A DNA stretch of 64,000 nt from Octopus sinensis (lineage: Eukaryota). Shown piece by piece: positions 37,564 to 50,949 of this stretch; the stretch's first letter is position 1, and each line of letters opens with the position of its first letter. The notes beneath the pieces are model-generated. The model did no database searches. It was not told the origin of the DNA and worked only from the letters and a program-made list of their open reading frames with translations. The position numbers and the translations under genes are program-made. The DNA lies in contig NC_042998.1 in NCBI RefSeq assembly GCF_006345805.1, positions 112,654,001 to 112,718,000 on the forward strand, in the 5' to 3' direction.

Positions 37564-40092
37564 TCCTTACCATATATATATATATGGCACTTGATGTGCT
37601 GACCTGGACGACAATATATCAACATATATATATATAGAGAGAGAGAGAGAGTGGGGACACACTATATAGTAAATAAGATTTCTAGAGTACTGACCGACTT
37701 TTCCAGGCCTATTAAACAGAATATGTAATCCACCTACTGCTGTAGATATGTAGTCATCACTGTAAAATATTCATTCCTGAACTGGTCAGCTGACTTTACA
37801 AGGAGTAGAAGGAGGTTGCAGGAAGAAGCAGTGACGACCTGTGTGTAATATATGTCGCTAGTTCTATATATTTATTTATTTATTTATTTGTGGCTATTTA
37901 TGTGCATGTATTTATATTTTCCTTCATTCAGTTTCCTTACTCTCTATGAATTACTGACCATGAAATACATTTCTTGGTCAAGAAATATATTTCAGGTCAA
38001 ACTACCGCACCTGTATGGTCGTTTGACCATGCTAGAAATAGCACAAAAAACTTATTCAAATAACACCCTAGCTTCTTGGAAAATGAAAAGACACGTTAGA
38101 AGGTATTTGTAAATGCATCGGAAAAGGTGGGATAGTCACGACCATGATTATAAGTCTGTTCTATAAGAGTCGACTTGCGGCTATATATCAACAGCACTTA
38201 TTTGCACCAATGGTATATGGATCACCGTGTTTGTGTGTGTGTGTGAGGTGTGTGTGTGAGTGTGTGTATGTGTATGTGTGTCCTTTCCAATATAGGCACG
38301 ATCAAAAATACTTGTTCTTAAAAACATTCCAATCGTGAATATCCCGTCTGTTGTCCCCCACCTTTCAATATTTATTCCAACTCTACATTCTGGGTTCAAA
38401 TCCCGCCGAAGCCAACATTGCCTGTTATTTCGGGGTTGATAAAATAAAATACTAGACAAGTACTGTGATTGGTGAAATTGAATAACCCCCTACCCCAAAT
38501 TTTAGGCGTCATGCCTATGCTAGAACCAATTATACGTAATGTGTCCTCCCTCTTTTTTTTTATAAGAAAAAAGGTGGACAGTTATTTCATGGTACTATGA
38601 CTGCTATTTTTAGAAGGTGAAGCTACCACGTAGAGGCTGCAGTGTGACATTTAATATAAAGATCTGTGCATAACAAAGTAACTCATGAGAAAGTATTGAT
38701 GTAAATGCTATTGAAAATGTGCAGTGTTATCAATAAATAATGTTGTGAAAGGTTGCATACTTTAGCAAAAACTGGTCTTTTACAACAAATATTTTTAAGC
38801 CTCAAAGTAATCGATTGAAACCATAATTAGTTCCCAATAGTACTCTTGGTATTGTTGTTGCTGTTATTACTGTTGCCGCTGATGCTGGTACTATTTAAAC
38901 CAAGGTTAGTCCTGATCACACAGAGCTATGATGAAGTCATTCAAGCAATGGTTTTATTTAATTGTATTTGGACATACTGCATCTAAGATTACATCATCCA
39001 ACATTTCTTTCCCTTTTACAAGTCAGTAGGATGCGATATGAGGAAGACCTGATTGCTGTTTCTAGCGGGACTAGGATAGCGACTACGTAGAGACTCTTAA
39101 TTTTGATAATGGTAATAAAATGCTGATATATATTTCAATAAGTTTCTAATGTTCATTGAAAGATAAATCTATGTAGTGATTTTTACTCTTTTGTTAATAA
39201 TAGCTAGCGGGACTTGAGGAAATCTCACGTTAAATTATAATTTTGCTACATAAATTCATAGATTGCCAAAGCTTCCAATATAGTATCAGTCAAGTACTAA
39301 GGTCAATATATGCCTCTCCAAACTTCTGGCCTTATGTCTATATTAAAAACAATGCTTTCAAAGATTTCGATTTGTCTTTCGATTTCGTTCTATAGTTAGA
39401 ATGGCTAACAGCGCAACATTCGAACGCATGTTGCAACCAGCAGGTAATGAATATTATGCAAAATGCTACATGCGATAACCTCTTCTCCTTTTGTAACGCA
39501 TAGAAGTAATCGATCACAGTATTTGAAGTTAACGAAATATTAATTACTGCAGTGAACTACTGTACTTTCATACGATGTTTATTTACAGTTTTGTGAAGTG
39601 CTAATTAAGAGACAAATGACTGTATCATGAACAAACTGTAGTGTTAATGAGTTACATACTGTTGACCTATCGGTATGATGACAACTGGCATCTTCTCAAC
39701 GCTAGTGACCTCGTTTTTGCTTCCTCCGTTTCTTTCGCTTTTCTTTTTAATTTTTAACATAGGCACGGCCAGCAATTTTGAGAGGAGATTCTAAGTCTAT
39801 TACATTGACCTCTAGCAGAACCATTAGCACGCTGGGCAAAATGTTTAGCAGTATTTCTTCCGGTTCTTTACATTCTGGGTTCAAATCTCGCCAAGGTCAA
39901 TTTTGCTTTTTCTCTTTTCGAAGTCCATAAAATTGGGTATCAGTCATGTACTAGGGTTTATTGGATTGACTAATACCCTCCCGCCACAATTTCTGGCCTT
40001 GTGCTAAAAGGTGAAACCATTATTGTTATTATTATTATAATTATCATTATTATTATTATTATCATTATTATTATCATTATTATTATTATTAT

Positions 40093-40294
40093 TAAGGCGG
40101 CGAGCTGGCAGAATCTTTAGCACTTAAACAGCATTTCACCCGTCATTACGTTCTGAGTTCAAATTCCGCTGAGGTCGACTTTACCTTTCATCCTTTCGGG
40201 ATCAATAAATTAAGTACCAATGAAATACTGGGGTCAATGTAATCGACTAGTCCCCTGCCCCAAAATTTCGGGCTTTGTGCCTTTAGTGGAAGGG

Positions 40295-40300
<6 letters not shown>
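40093..40300 (+). mobile_element. SINE family A in (ATT)n
   Basis: AAGGCGGCGAGCTGGCAGAATC head through to the tail. A decayed copy precedes it at about 39810-40020. Confidence 0.8.
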
Positions 40301-40327
<27 letters not shown>

Positions 40328-40359
40328 TTGCATGCCAATTTAGTTAGTAGGTATTCTAT

Positions 40360-40757
40360 CGTGAGGTTTGATGACAACAAGTCTCCTCAAATCTCAAGAA
40401 TCTTCCTTAGAATTCTTGCAGAATATAGAATGATAGATTTTTTTCTGGTTGACAACACGAGTTTCATTTCCAATCTCTTTCAGTCTTTTAGGTAGAATTT
40501 TGGGTGTTGTGCCATGTGAACCAATTACTACAGAAATAATTGTTGTCTTGGTCTTCTACAGTCTCCTCGATTCTCTGGCTAGATCCTGATATTTCTCAAT
40601 TTTTATTAATTTTTTGGTATCGACTCTGCAATCATAAGGAATTGAAAAGTCTATGATCGTACACTATTTGTATATTTTGTCCCCTACGATCATATCCGCT
40701 TTTCTTGCTGCAATAGTAAGGTCAGTCATTATGGGGATATCGCACAAGACCTTGCAT
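40360..40757 (-). mobile_element. R4/Dong-like LINE 3' fragment (RLE domain)
   Basis: Minus-strand reading gives KVLCDIP...IAARKADMIV..., then IDFSIPYDCRVDTK..., and ends RILRKILE. Lies within (TAA)n. Confidence 0.65.
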
Positions 40758-40765
40758 TATTATTA

Positions 40766-41300
40766 TTGAGTGAGAGAGAAGAGCATGCCATCAAAGTGAC
40801 CCAGAGATATATGTATACGAAGCCCAATATACCCATCATGGCTATCCGTCTGATAAGGGTACACCAGGTACATGTATCACAACCATATGTGCGCGACATG
40901 TTAATCTCATATCAACATACACAGCGCATGACTTTTTAGGTGGAGCCCAGTTGGAATTTTCTTCGATAAGCGCATCCGCTCAAAATGTCTCTGAATAAGG
41001 GTTGTTTAAGAATGATGAACGAAACACTTATGTTTTCATAACTGAATTATTCAAACACCGAAGAATCCCTCACAACACATAGCCATGATATTTCTCCAAT
41101 ATGCCTGCTTGTGATCAAAGATGCGCATACCGTCAGCCACTAAGGGACACGCTAACTGATTAACGTCAGACAACCGACAAGCAAACCTGTGGTACTGAGT
41201 AGAATATAACCTGAAGCTCATCTTTTACACTAAGTAAAAAATATGTACATGATATAACACTTCTAATCAGTTAAGACCAGAAGCCATGACAGCTGCTGCA
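40766..41300 (-). mobile_element. About 550-bp non-coding interspersed repeat (family D)
   Basis: Colinear with 54468-55027 (TGAGTGAGAGA...GCCATCAAAGTGAC...CAGTTAAGA.CAGAAG). Confidence 0.8.
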
Positions 41301-41931
41301 TGACCATCATCATTACCATCATCATCAATGTACAGCATGTCATTCAATGCGAATTCCAGAATTATCAGCTGGCTATTAACTCTAGCAGTATAGCTATTCT
41401 AAAATATATCACGATATACTGTACAAAAAAAGTCGGCATTAACCGAACGGCTGTTACGTTGACCTCCTTAGACAATACATCTTAAACATGAAATAACAGT
41501 AAAATTATAGTGCCTCTAACAGTTATCTCTAGCCTCTCGATATTTTTTCTCTCCTACTATTTTTTCTCTTCTATCTATTCTATATTCCGTTCGAAATATC
41601 TCCCAAGCGTTACCCATAACAGTTCGTCTTGGCCTAACGGCCCTTAATGCATATCTTCGTCAATTGTTTATTCTGTACGTCCACTCTGGTGTCGTTTGTT
41701 CGTTCAAAGCCCTATCTCTCCTTAAATTTTATATTTTTTAAACCTCTGGATGCTGCTGTCTTATGAAGTTTTCCTAGCTTGTCGTTGAAAGCTCGAAACA
41801 TGTAGTAATAAACAGTCGGCAACTGAGGAGGAGTTAGACTTTATTTGGTATTTTGTCCTGTACTTATCTCTGTGTGTTTACGCATCTTTCCTGTACTTAA
41901 TGTGTATTTTTGTATTTGTCCTGTATATATA

Positions 41932-42785
41932 TACAAGCAATATTGCCCGGCTCGTGCGCTCGTGCCTTCTATGCTCGCGCGAATTAAGCTAAACTTGGAT
42001 GAAGTTCAATCAAAATTCAATTATTTTGGTTTTAAAATCAAGCATTTAATGCCCTCTATTTTTGCGCTTATGTGTTCCATTTCCTCAATAAGAAGTACGT
42101 AGAAGCGTTTCATAAATTTTTGTTGATCAAATAATTGCATTGTTGAATTATTCTTTTAGATCAGTATTTCTCAACGGGGATTTCAGGGGAGAGTTTCAGG
42201 GAGTCGCTGGCGATGTATTGTGATGATCAAAAATCCGGCCTGCTAAAATTTGGTTAAAGTGATTCAAACTGCAGACTGAACGCAAAATGGTCACATTTAA
42301 TTCAAAGCGTTAAAAATGTTATGAAAACAATTGGTATGTGTTCACAAAGTCCAAACGATTAATACGAAAAAACCCTCCCGGCTACATCCCGAAAATTCAT
42401 TTCTTTGTCGAATTTCTACAATGTTTACGGCGATTCGTTTTTATATCTTGATTTTTTATTTTTCATGCAATTTTCGCATGCTTGCACGCGTGGTGAACAC
42501 AGTTCACATCAAACAGCTGACTGAGTAAAGTTCACTATTCAATGCATGGGATAAGGCCTAAACAAACACATTATCGATTTTTGCACTTGCGAGATGAATT
42601 TCGGAACAGAAATAGCGCAGTTCAATTTTCATTCGCCTAAACTTTAAGTGACCCATTTTTGGTGGCTCTACGATTTGTTGGCTAGGAGGAAGTTAAACAC
42701 ACAGACACACACACAGATACACACCCAGACACACACACAGATACACACCCAGACACACAAGTTGAGTTTTATATATATATATAAA
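41932..42785 (-). mobile_element. Helitron-like non-autonomous element (tentative)
   Basis: One end resembles a reversed 3' end (ACAAGC...CCCGGCTCG); the other has a CA-rich microsatellite and ends TTTTATATATAT. Confidence 0.35.
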
Positions 42786-43152
42786 TATATCGTCTGTCAG
42801 GATGTTTTGTTGTCCCCTTTTTGTATCAATTAACTGTCTGGATGTTTTGCGTTCTTGTCTCATTTTTTTTTTCAAAATATAGCAGCGTACGTACACTTTG
42901 GTCTCTTATATATAAGTATATATATATATATAAATATATATGAATTTTGTACGTCTCTATTATTCTTTCTATTCTTTCATTCTTTCATTCTTTCTATCAG
43001 CCCATTCACATTTCGTTCATTCCACTCTTCGTTCCCATTCTCTCACATTTCCTGGCCTTCGCTTCATGTTCACTTCTCCTCCTTTTTCACTTCACTCTGT
43101 CCCTTTCATTTTTTCTCGTCCATCCCTAATTCTTCTATCCTTCTGCCTCTAC

Positions 43153-43200
<48 letters not shown>

Positions 43201-43914
43201 CTCCCCACGTGACCGGTGTTCGGCCAAGCCTGGCCTTTCTTTCTTGGTTCGACTGCCATCCGTGCAACATCTATATTCCTCCCTGTACCTGTCAAATCTT
43301 ATGTCCCTGCCGTAAGGCTTTACTTCCACACACGCCAACTTAATTTAATTCGTCCTTAGTCGAAAGATATTCGTTGTTAATGTCCTGTTATTTGTATTTG
43401 TGTACCATTTCTCCGTTTCTTTCCGTCCATATTTTCGTATACATTCACTGCTTTCTTCCAAGGAGTCTGGTGGTCTTAGCTTATTTTTCCCTTGGGGCTG
43501 GCCAGATTGGAGCAATCTCGAGTATAACCAGATGAAATTGCAAAGATAATCTGGAACTCGACTGAGGAAAGAAAACTCCGAATGACCCGTCCTTGTTTTC
43601 TTTCTATTGTCTGTCTGAATGTTTTGTTATCGTCTTTTTGTATCACCTAACTGTCTGGATGTCTTACGTTCTTGTCCCATTTTTGTATTATATATATATA
43701 TATAAAGTATGGTGGGGTTTAGTTCACAGGTGATTTAAACAATTAAGTACGCGGCGTAAGTGCTGTAACGGATTACTAGTGCTCCAAGGTTATAGCCGAG
43801 ACGGTAGTTATGTAGCCATTGAAGATTTTCGATATACCGGATATATAATTGTTAAAGAGGAAAAAAACGTTAAGGCAAAGCAAACATCTCTAGTCATATA
43901 CATTTTCCCTATTT

Positions 43915-43970
43915 GTCTCTGATAATAGAATATTCCATACTATGAGATATCCCGGAAACAGCTGTAAGAC
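43915..43970 (+). ncRNA. Type I hammerhead-like motif at the apex of a long hairpin (43843-44050)
   Basis: GTCT-CTGATAA-TAGAATATTCC...GATATCCCG-GAAA-CAGCT-GTA-AGAC. Stem I is GTCT/AGAC, stem III is the palindrome ACAGCTGT, and the core carries a G8A change. Confidence 0.65.
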
Positions 43971-44047
43971 TCAATTTCACCCCATAATAATAATGTATAT
44001 GACTTGAGATGTTTGCCTTTAAAGTTAGTTGTCCTCTTTAACAACTA

Positions 44048-44243
<196 letters not shown>

Positions 44244-44652
44244 ACACAGTGAGAGAGACAGAAAGAGAGAGAAAATACAGATATAACAAATACTATGAAA
44301 ACTATACAGCATAAACCTTGATTTATTAAAATAACATCTGTAAACAGTGGCTATATCATAATTACCAAATGACAGTTAAGATCAGCTCCGCTTGCGAAGG
44401 GGTAATAATCTCAAGATTCAAGAATTCTCCAAAGTTGACATGCCTTTAAAGGAAAAGGCAAGCTTATTGTTCGGGGATAAGAGGACAGATGTGTGTCTGA
44501 ATAAATAGCCATCATTGGTACGACAAACGGCCAACATCATCTCTGGTAGCCCCTTAGCCCCAAAAAAGGTTTGAACACATTTATGACAAACACATTCACA
44601 CACACACACTCACACACACTCTCACACATACACACACACACTCACACACACT

Positions 44653-44687
<35 letters not shown>

Positions 44688-46069
44688 GCTTCACTTCTGT
44701 CATATCTAGACGCCAGCTCCCTGTCCAGCCACACAGTGAAAGAAATTCCCCTTTCTTAAGGAAATGCTGTTGCTAAGGAACTGATATTCTTTGACAATAT
44801 TCTTTAACAACACCATGTGACCGGCCTCGACCAATAGCAGCCTATCTTTCAGTAGACATTTTGGACTTCTTATACCTCTCCATTCAGCAATCCAAACGGC
44901 AATCCTAACGGGCTCCTGTTAGGGGCCTGGGAAAATTAATGTCGCACAAAAGCGAATCAAACTGTTTTAAATAACATATGAATGCTTTCATTCGTGTGTG
45001 TTAATTACAGCATTAGAGCAGTTTAGCTCTTATTTCTAGCAATGTAGGTGTTTCCTAACATCCTAGTCACATTTAGTGACATTTGTAATTTTTCTTTTGG
45101 CGAACCATTGCAAACTGCAATGGTGTGTGTGTGTGTGTGAATCACCATTGGAAAGTAAAATGCTGCCGAAAGGTGCTCATACCGTTGTGGCAGCCGACAG
45201 CTGATGAAGAGGATGGGCCGCAGCCCTAGCCTTCTGTGAAAAGGAGTGGGATATGAAGGTGAGAAGCAGCAACAACAGCTGCTGTAGAACAACAACAACA
45301 ACAACAACATCAGCAGCAGCAGCAACAACAACAACAACAACATATGTATATATATATACAGAACATATATATATGCGCGCAAGCAATATGCTTGTGAGTT
45401 AATTCATTCGGGAACATCATTACACAATTTTAAGTATATGTGTGTGTATGTATGTACGAGTGTTTGTACATAAATGTTCAGTTGAATTAGGTACTTAAGT
45501 TGAAGCACCAAGTATTATCCGCACAGCTCCAAGTAAGGTAAATGAAAAGCAAATAATTGAACTATGCAAGCATTGCATCAATTTGAAATACACCGCCATC
45601 TTTGGATGCAAAATATAGGTTTTCAGCAGACAGGGTACTCCATTATAATTTTTAGCAAATATTTCACAAGAACTAGAGAATGAAAGAAATCCATGCTGCT
45701 ACTATTCAATTACTAGCAGAATAAACTTAGAGAAAAAAATGCCCCAACTACAATTTGGAGTGACAGAAGAGGATAACAGTGGGGGTTCATGAGATGGTAA
45801 TTTAGCTACAATTTTTATCTATCCCCTTATCACCATCAAAAGATTTAACGCAGCTAGTATACAGCATCTACTAAGAATTAAAACCACTAGGAGTTGACAG
45901 TTAAGTTCTAGCTATTGATGATAAATTAAATATTTTAGGAAATTCAACCAAACCTTAATTCACTATGGTTATAAATTCCCTTGACCATGTAAAGAAACAA
46001 ATCTCAGAAGTCAGTCAGATAGTGATAAGTGCTCAGAAATAGGTAGGGTAGAGGTGACATAAACTCTCC

Positions 46070-46651
46070 TATTATCATCTCGACGCAATCAAGGAGATCT
46101 GCAACTGAAACCAGAGTGTCCTTTTGGTCAGCTGAAAGCAGATTTGGCACAAATTTGGCAGACACGAGTCTCAAAACCAAATCTTCAGGGATAATGTATC
46201 GAACTGAACCGTAAGTAATCTGCACATCCTCACGGATGATGATTCGACGATTTCCCCACATAACTGCACGCACATCTGCGATATTTTTCTCAGTTCTGCT
46301 CGATGTGGGTCTCCCAGAACGTTCATTAATATCGATATTTTTCGGCTATTTTAGAAACGCCTGAACCACTTGTACACTTGTTTGCGGTTCATACACTCCT
46401 CTCCATACATTTTCTGCAACTTTGATTTAGTTTCTGAGCAGGTATCGCTATGACAACTTCCTCTGCCATGGTCAATGCGACAATCACACACTACACACCT
46501 TCCCTCCAAACAGCGAAAGTTAACTACAACGTTAAAACTCAGTGCGCATGCACAGCAGAGTTCAAAGTCAATCTGTACCAAGCCGCTTTACTCTGAGTGC
46601 TTTAGTTTCGTTATTATTGCAACAGTCCGGATACTTATTGATCAGACCTTG
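46070..46651 (-). mobile_element. Mariner transposon remnant (5' half with one TIR)
   Basis: LQKMYGEECMNRKQVYKWFRRF (HTH) and RLVSAKFVPNLLSADQK (WVPHEL-like). The terminus TA|CAAGGTCTGATCAATAAGTATCCGGAC resembles the TIR at 52134. Confidence 0.85.
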
Positions 46652-47829
46652 TACATACATGCAAACATATATACAAACACTTACATATATACAAACACAT
46701 ATACATATTATATATACACGTTTGTATATCTAGAAGCATGGATGTAATAAAATATATATTTAATAGTAAATAATACAAGACATTTCTAAAGAAATGTGTT
46801 TTTTTTTTCTTGACAGCATTTCAAAGTTGTTTTTCTTTTCTACAAACAATCTAAATGTTTTGTATAAACTATATAGCACATATTCATATGTATGAGTCTG
46901 TGTTTGTTCCTCTACCATCGCTTGACAACTAATCTTGGTGTGTTCATGTCCCCGTAACTTAGTGGTTCGGCAAAAGATAGCGATAGAATAAGTACGAGGC
47001 TTACAAAGAATAAGCCCTGGGCTCGATTTCTTCGACTAAAAGGCAGTGTTCCAGCATGATCACAAATAAATTAAGCACCAGTTGCGTACTCGGGTCGATC
47101 TAATCGACTAGCCCCTCCCCCAAAATTTCGGGCTTTGTACCTAGAGTAGAAAAGATTCCTATACACCCTGACTTTTCATCATATATTTTGCATATTTGGA
47201 TTATGTTTGGTGGCCATTTTATCGATATTTTTATTGATAATGATAACCTATTTGAATTATATATATTATTTTACTCTTTTACCAATTTCAGTCATTTGAC
47301 TGCGGCTATGTTGGAGCACCGCCTTTAGTCGAACAAATTGACCCCCAGGACTTATCTTTTGTAAGCCTAGTACTTATTCTATCGCCCACTTTTGCCGAAC
47401 CGCTAAGTTACGGAGTCGTAAACACACCAGCATCTGTTGTCAAGCGATGGTGGAAAGACAAGCACAGACACACAAACATGAACACACACACACACACTTA
47501 TATATATACGACGGGCTTCTTTCAGTTTCCGTTTACCAAATCCACTCACAAGGCTTTGGTCGGCCCGTGACTATAGTAGAAGACACTTAGCCAAAGTGCC
47601 ACACAGTGAGACTGAACTGGAACCATGTGGTTGGTAAGCAAGCTACGTACCGCACAGGTATTCCGACAGTTTTACGCGCTGGCATTTGTCTATTATTCTT
47701 GTGTCAATGTACGAAAGTCTCGAGTCTTGAATCACCCCTTTGCTTCTGCTTAATATTAATAAAAATGAATGGATACTCATGTTTTGAGTTCTATTTTTCC
47801 TGTTTGCATCACCAAACCTATTATGCATC

Positions 47830-47881
<52 letters not shown>

Positions 47882-48159
47882 GAAAAAAGTTGAAAATGCA
47901 CTGGGATTCGTTTAGAAGTTCCGTTTTTAAATTTTTAAAGACTTAACCAGTTTCATAGATTTCTCTGATTTTTAAAAGTTTAGATGGAGCTATGCTGTAA
48001 CTGCGGAGAGAGAGGGAGGAAGAGAGAGACAGAGAGACAGAGAGCGATATCATAATAATATATATATCATAATGTATATACATATGTATATATATTTATG
48101 GGTGTGTGCGTGTATGTGCAGGGTGTTTGCATATTTGTGTGCATGTATGTGGGTATGTG

Positions 48160-48400
48160 GAGGCGCGTGGCTTGGTGGTTAGGGTGTCGGTCGGCATCAT
48201 GATCGTAAGATTGTGGTTTCGATTCCTGGACCGGGCGACGCGTTGTGTTCTTGAGCAAAACACTTCATTTCACGTTGCTCTAGTCCACCCATCTGGCAAA
48301 AATGAGTAACGCTAGCGTCCCGTCCAGCTGTAGAACATATACGCCATAGAAACCGGGAAACCGGGCCCATGAGCTTGGCTAGGCTTTACAAGGGCACATT
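48160..48400 (+). mobile_element. tRNA-derived SINE (family B variant)
   Basis: GAGGCGCGTGGCTTGGTGG...GGTTTCGATTCC head, then a B-type body with a different tail. Confidence 0.75.
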
Positions 48401-48432
48401 TATTTATTTATTATGTAGGTATGTAGAGAGAC

Positions 48433-48477
<45 letters not shown>

Positions 48478-48720
48478 GATTATACATATTCAAGAATAAA
48501 GGTGATAGGAACTTGGATCCTTCGGCCTGCCATTCTTCTTGTAGCCTTCCTCGGAAGGCTAAAAAGCCGAAACTTCGAAGTCATTATCACCACTATTTTT
48601 GAAAATGTATAATGATTATATTCTCTATAAAAACTATTGAGTAATAATTTTCTTGCTTAATTGTCTTTATAATAAGGACATAAAAACAAGCATTAATGTA
48701 CATACATACATACATATTTG

Positions 48721-48831
<111 letters not shown>

Positions 48832-49014
48832 AAGATAGATAGATAGTATACAACACAAATGCGTGCTGTTTGGCTATAATATACACATAATATACTTCCA
48901 AAATCAAAAGCCACTCACCTGAAAGTTGTCCAACTGTACAAAAACAAACAAACGGTAACATGAAATAGATCCTAACAGCGGTGTCTGCTGCTGTTTTTCC
49001 TTATCCACTATATT

Positions 49015-49052
<38 letters not shown>

Positions 49053-49435
49053 CCGCACTCTCCTTCACTCTTTCTCTCTCCCTCTACCTCTCGCTCTTTC
49101 TTTCTTCTCTCCTCCTTCTTTTTCTGTGTCTTTTTACTCTCTCTCTCTCTCTCTCTCTCTCTCCCTTGACTATACCACTCCGTCAGTGATATCATAATAA
49201 TGTATATACGTGTGTGTATATTTACGTGTGCGTGTGCATGTGGAGGGTGTATGCGTAGATGTGTGTATGTATGTATGTATGTATGTATGTATGTATGTAT
49301 GTATGTATGTATGTATGTATGTATGCATGGCGTGACTATGTGGTAAGAAGCTTTCTTCCCAACCACATGGTTCAGGGCTCAGTCCCACTGCGTGGCACCT
49401 AGGTCAAGTTTCTGAAACTGAAAGAAGCCCGTCGC

Positions 49436-49514
<79 letters not shown>

Positions 49515-49734
49515 TGTGTATGTGTGTGTGTGTCTATCTTTGTACTCCCACCATCGCTTGTCAACCGATGTTGCTCTGCTTACGTCCCCGTAACTTAGGG
49601 GTTCGGTAAAAGTGACCGATTGAATAAGTACTAGGCTTACAAAGAACAAGTCCTGGAATCGATTTGTTCGACTAAAAGTGGTGCTCCAGTATGGCCGCAG
49701 TCAAATGACTGAAACAAGTAAAAATATAAAAGAA

Positions 49735-49790
<56 letters not shown>

Positions 49791-49794
<4 letters not shown>

Positions 49795-50065
49795 TTAATA
49801 ATTGGGGTTCAGCAAAGATTTGCTTTACCACATACCGAAGTTTAGAAATAGCAGCCAAAAAATCTTAGCTATTTCTTCTACTTTAAAAAGGGACTCCCAG
49901 AAAAACCAAAATACTTGAAAATGAAGTATTTTGAAAATCAAGTATTTGGATTTTTCTGGGAGTCCCTTTTTAAAGTAGAAGAAATAGCTAAGATTTTTTG
50001 GCTGCTATTTCTAAACTTCGGTATGTGGTAAAGCAAATCTTTGCTGAACCCTAATTATTAAGTAT
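49791..50065. repeat. Long near-perfect inverted repeat (arms about 128 bp, spacer 19 nt)
   Basis: 49791-49918 is the reverse complement of 49938-50065 with only a few mismatches. Confidence 0.95.
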
Positions 50066-50548
50066 TACTTAAGTTTACCGTGAAATGGTCCTTTTTTCAT
50101 GCCGAATTCTACTTGGTGAAATTATTGATTACCTCTTAATTAATTAATTTTACCCTTTGTTATTATTGATATTGATTGATATATATATATATATGATGTA
50201 TGTGTATCTATATAATTTAGTTCATTCCTAAGGACAGCGGCCAAGCTGGTGCACTTCTTTCAAAAATTAATCGATCATATCGACTCCAGTACTTATTCTA
50301 TCGATCGCTGCGTGTCAAGATGTATGCGTTAAGCACAAATGGGACACAACTTAAATAACACCTGATATTAGACCGGTGTAAACATAAACACAGACGCACG
50401 CGTGAATCCATACAGACAAACGCACACAGACAGCCACACACACACACATACACATACACACGCTCCCGCGCACACACACGTCTGGGTGTGCATGTGTGTG
50501 TAGTTGTATACATGTATTGATAGACAGACAGACAGACACTGACTGATT

Positions 50549-50611
<63 letters not shown>

Positions 50612-50623
50612 GGATGGATAGAT

Positions 50624-50657
<34 letters not shown>

Positions 50658-50711
50658 ATAAATAAATAGAGAGAGAGAGAAACAGGCCGATAGATAAATA
50701 GATAGATAGAT

Positions 50712-50888
50712 ATGTTTCTTTATTAGCCACACAGGGCTGCACACAGACAGAACAAATTACAAGGTAGAGCTTTTCTTTTGGGGTAAAAAAGAGGGGGTTG
50801 GTTTTCGATCAAAAGGGATCGTAAAAGGAAAGAAAGAGGACAAAAAAAGGGGAGGATTTTAAAAAAGGGGGGGAGAGGGAAAAAAAAG
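50712..50888 (-). mobile_element. Short LINE-like 3' UTR fragment inserted in (GATA)n
   Basis: The minus strand is pyrimidine-rich and ends GCAGCCCTGTGTGGCTAATAAAGAAAC. A duplicated microsatellite block flanks it. Confidence 0.5.
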
Positions 50889-50889
50889 A

Positions 50890-50949
<60 letters not shown>

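Noticed and set aside
45197-45250. CTGATGA...hairpin...GAAA resembling a hammerhead
   Set aside because: No stem III or NUH triplet, and no stem I partner after GAAA.
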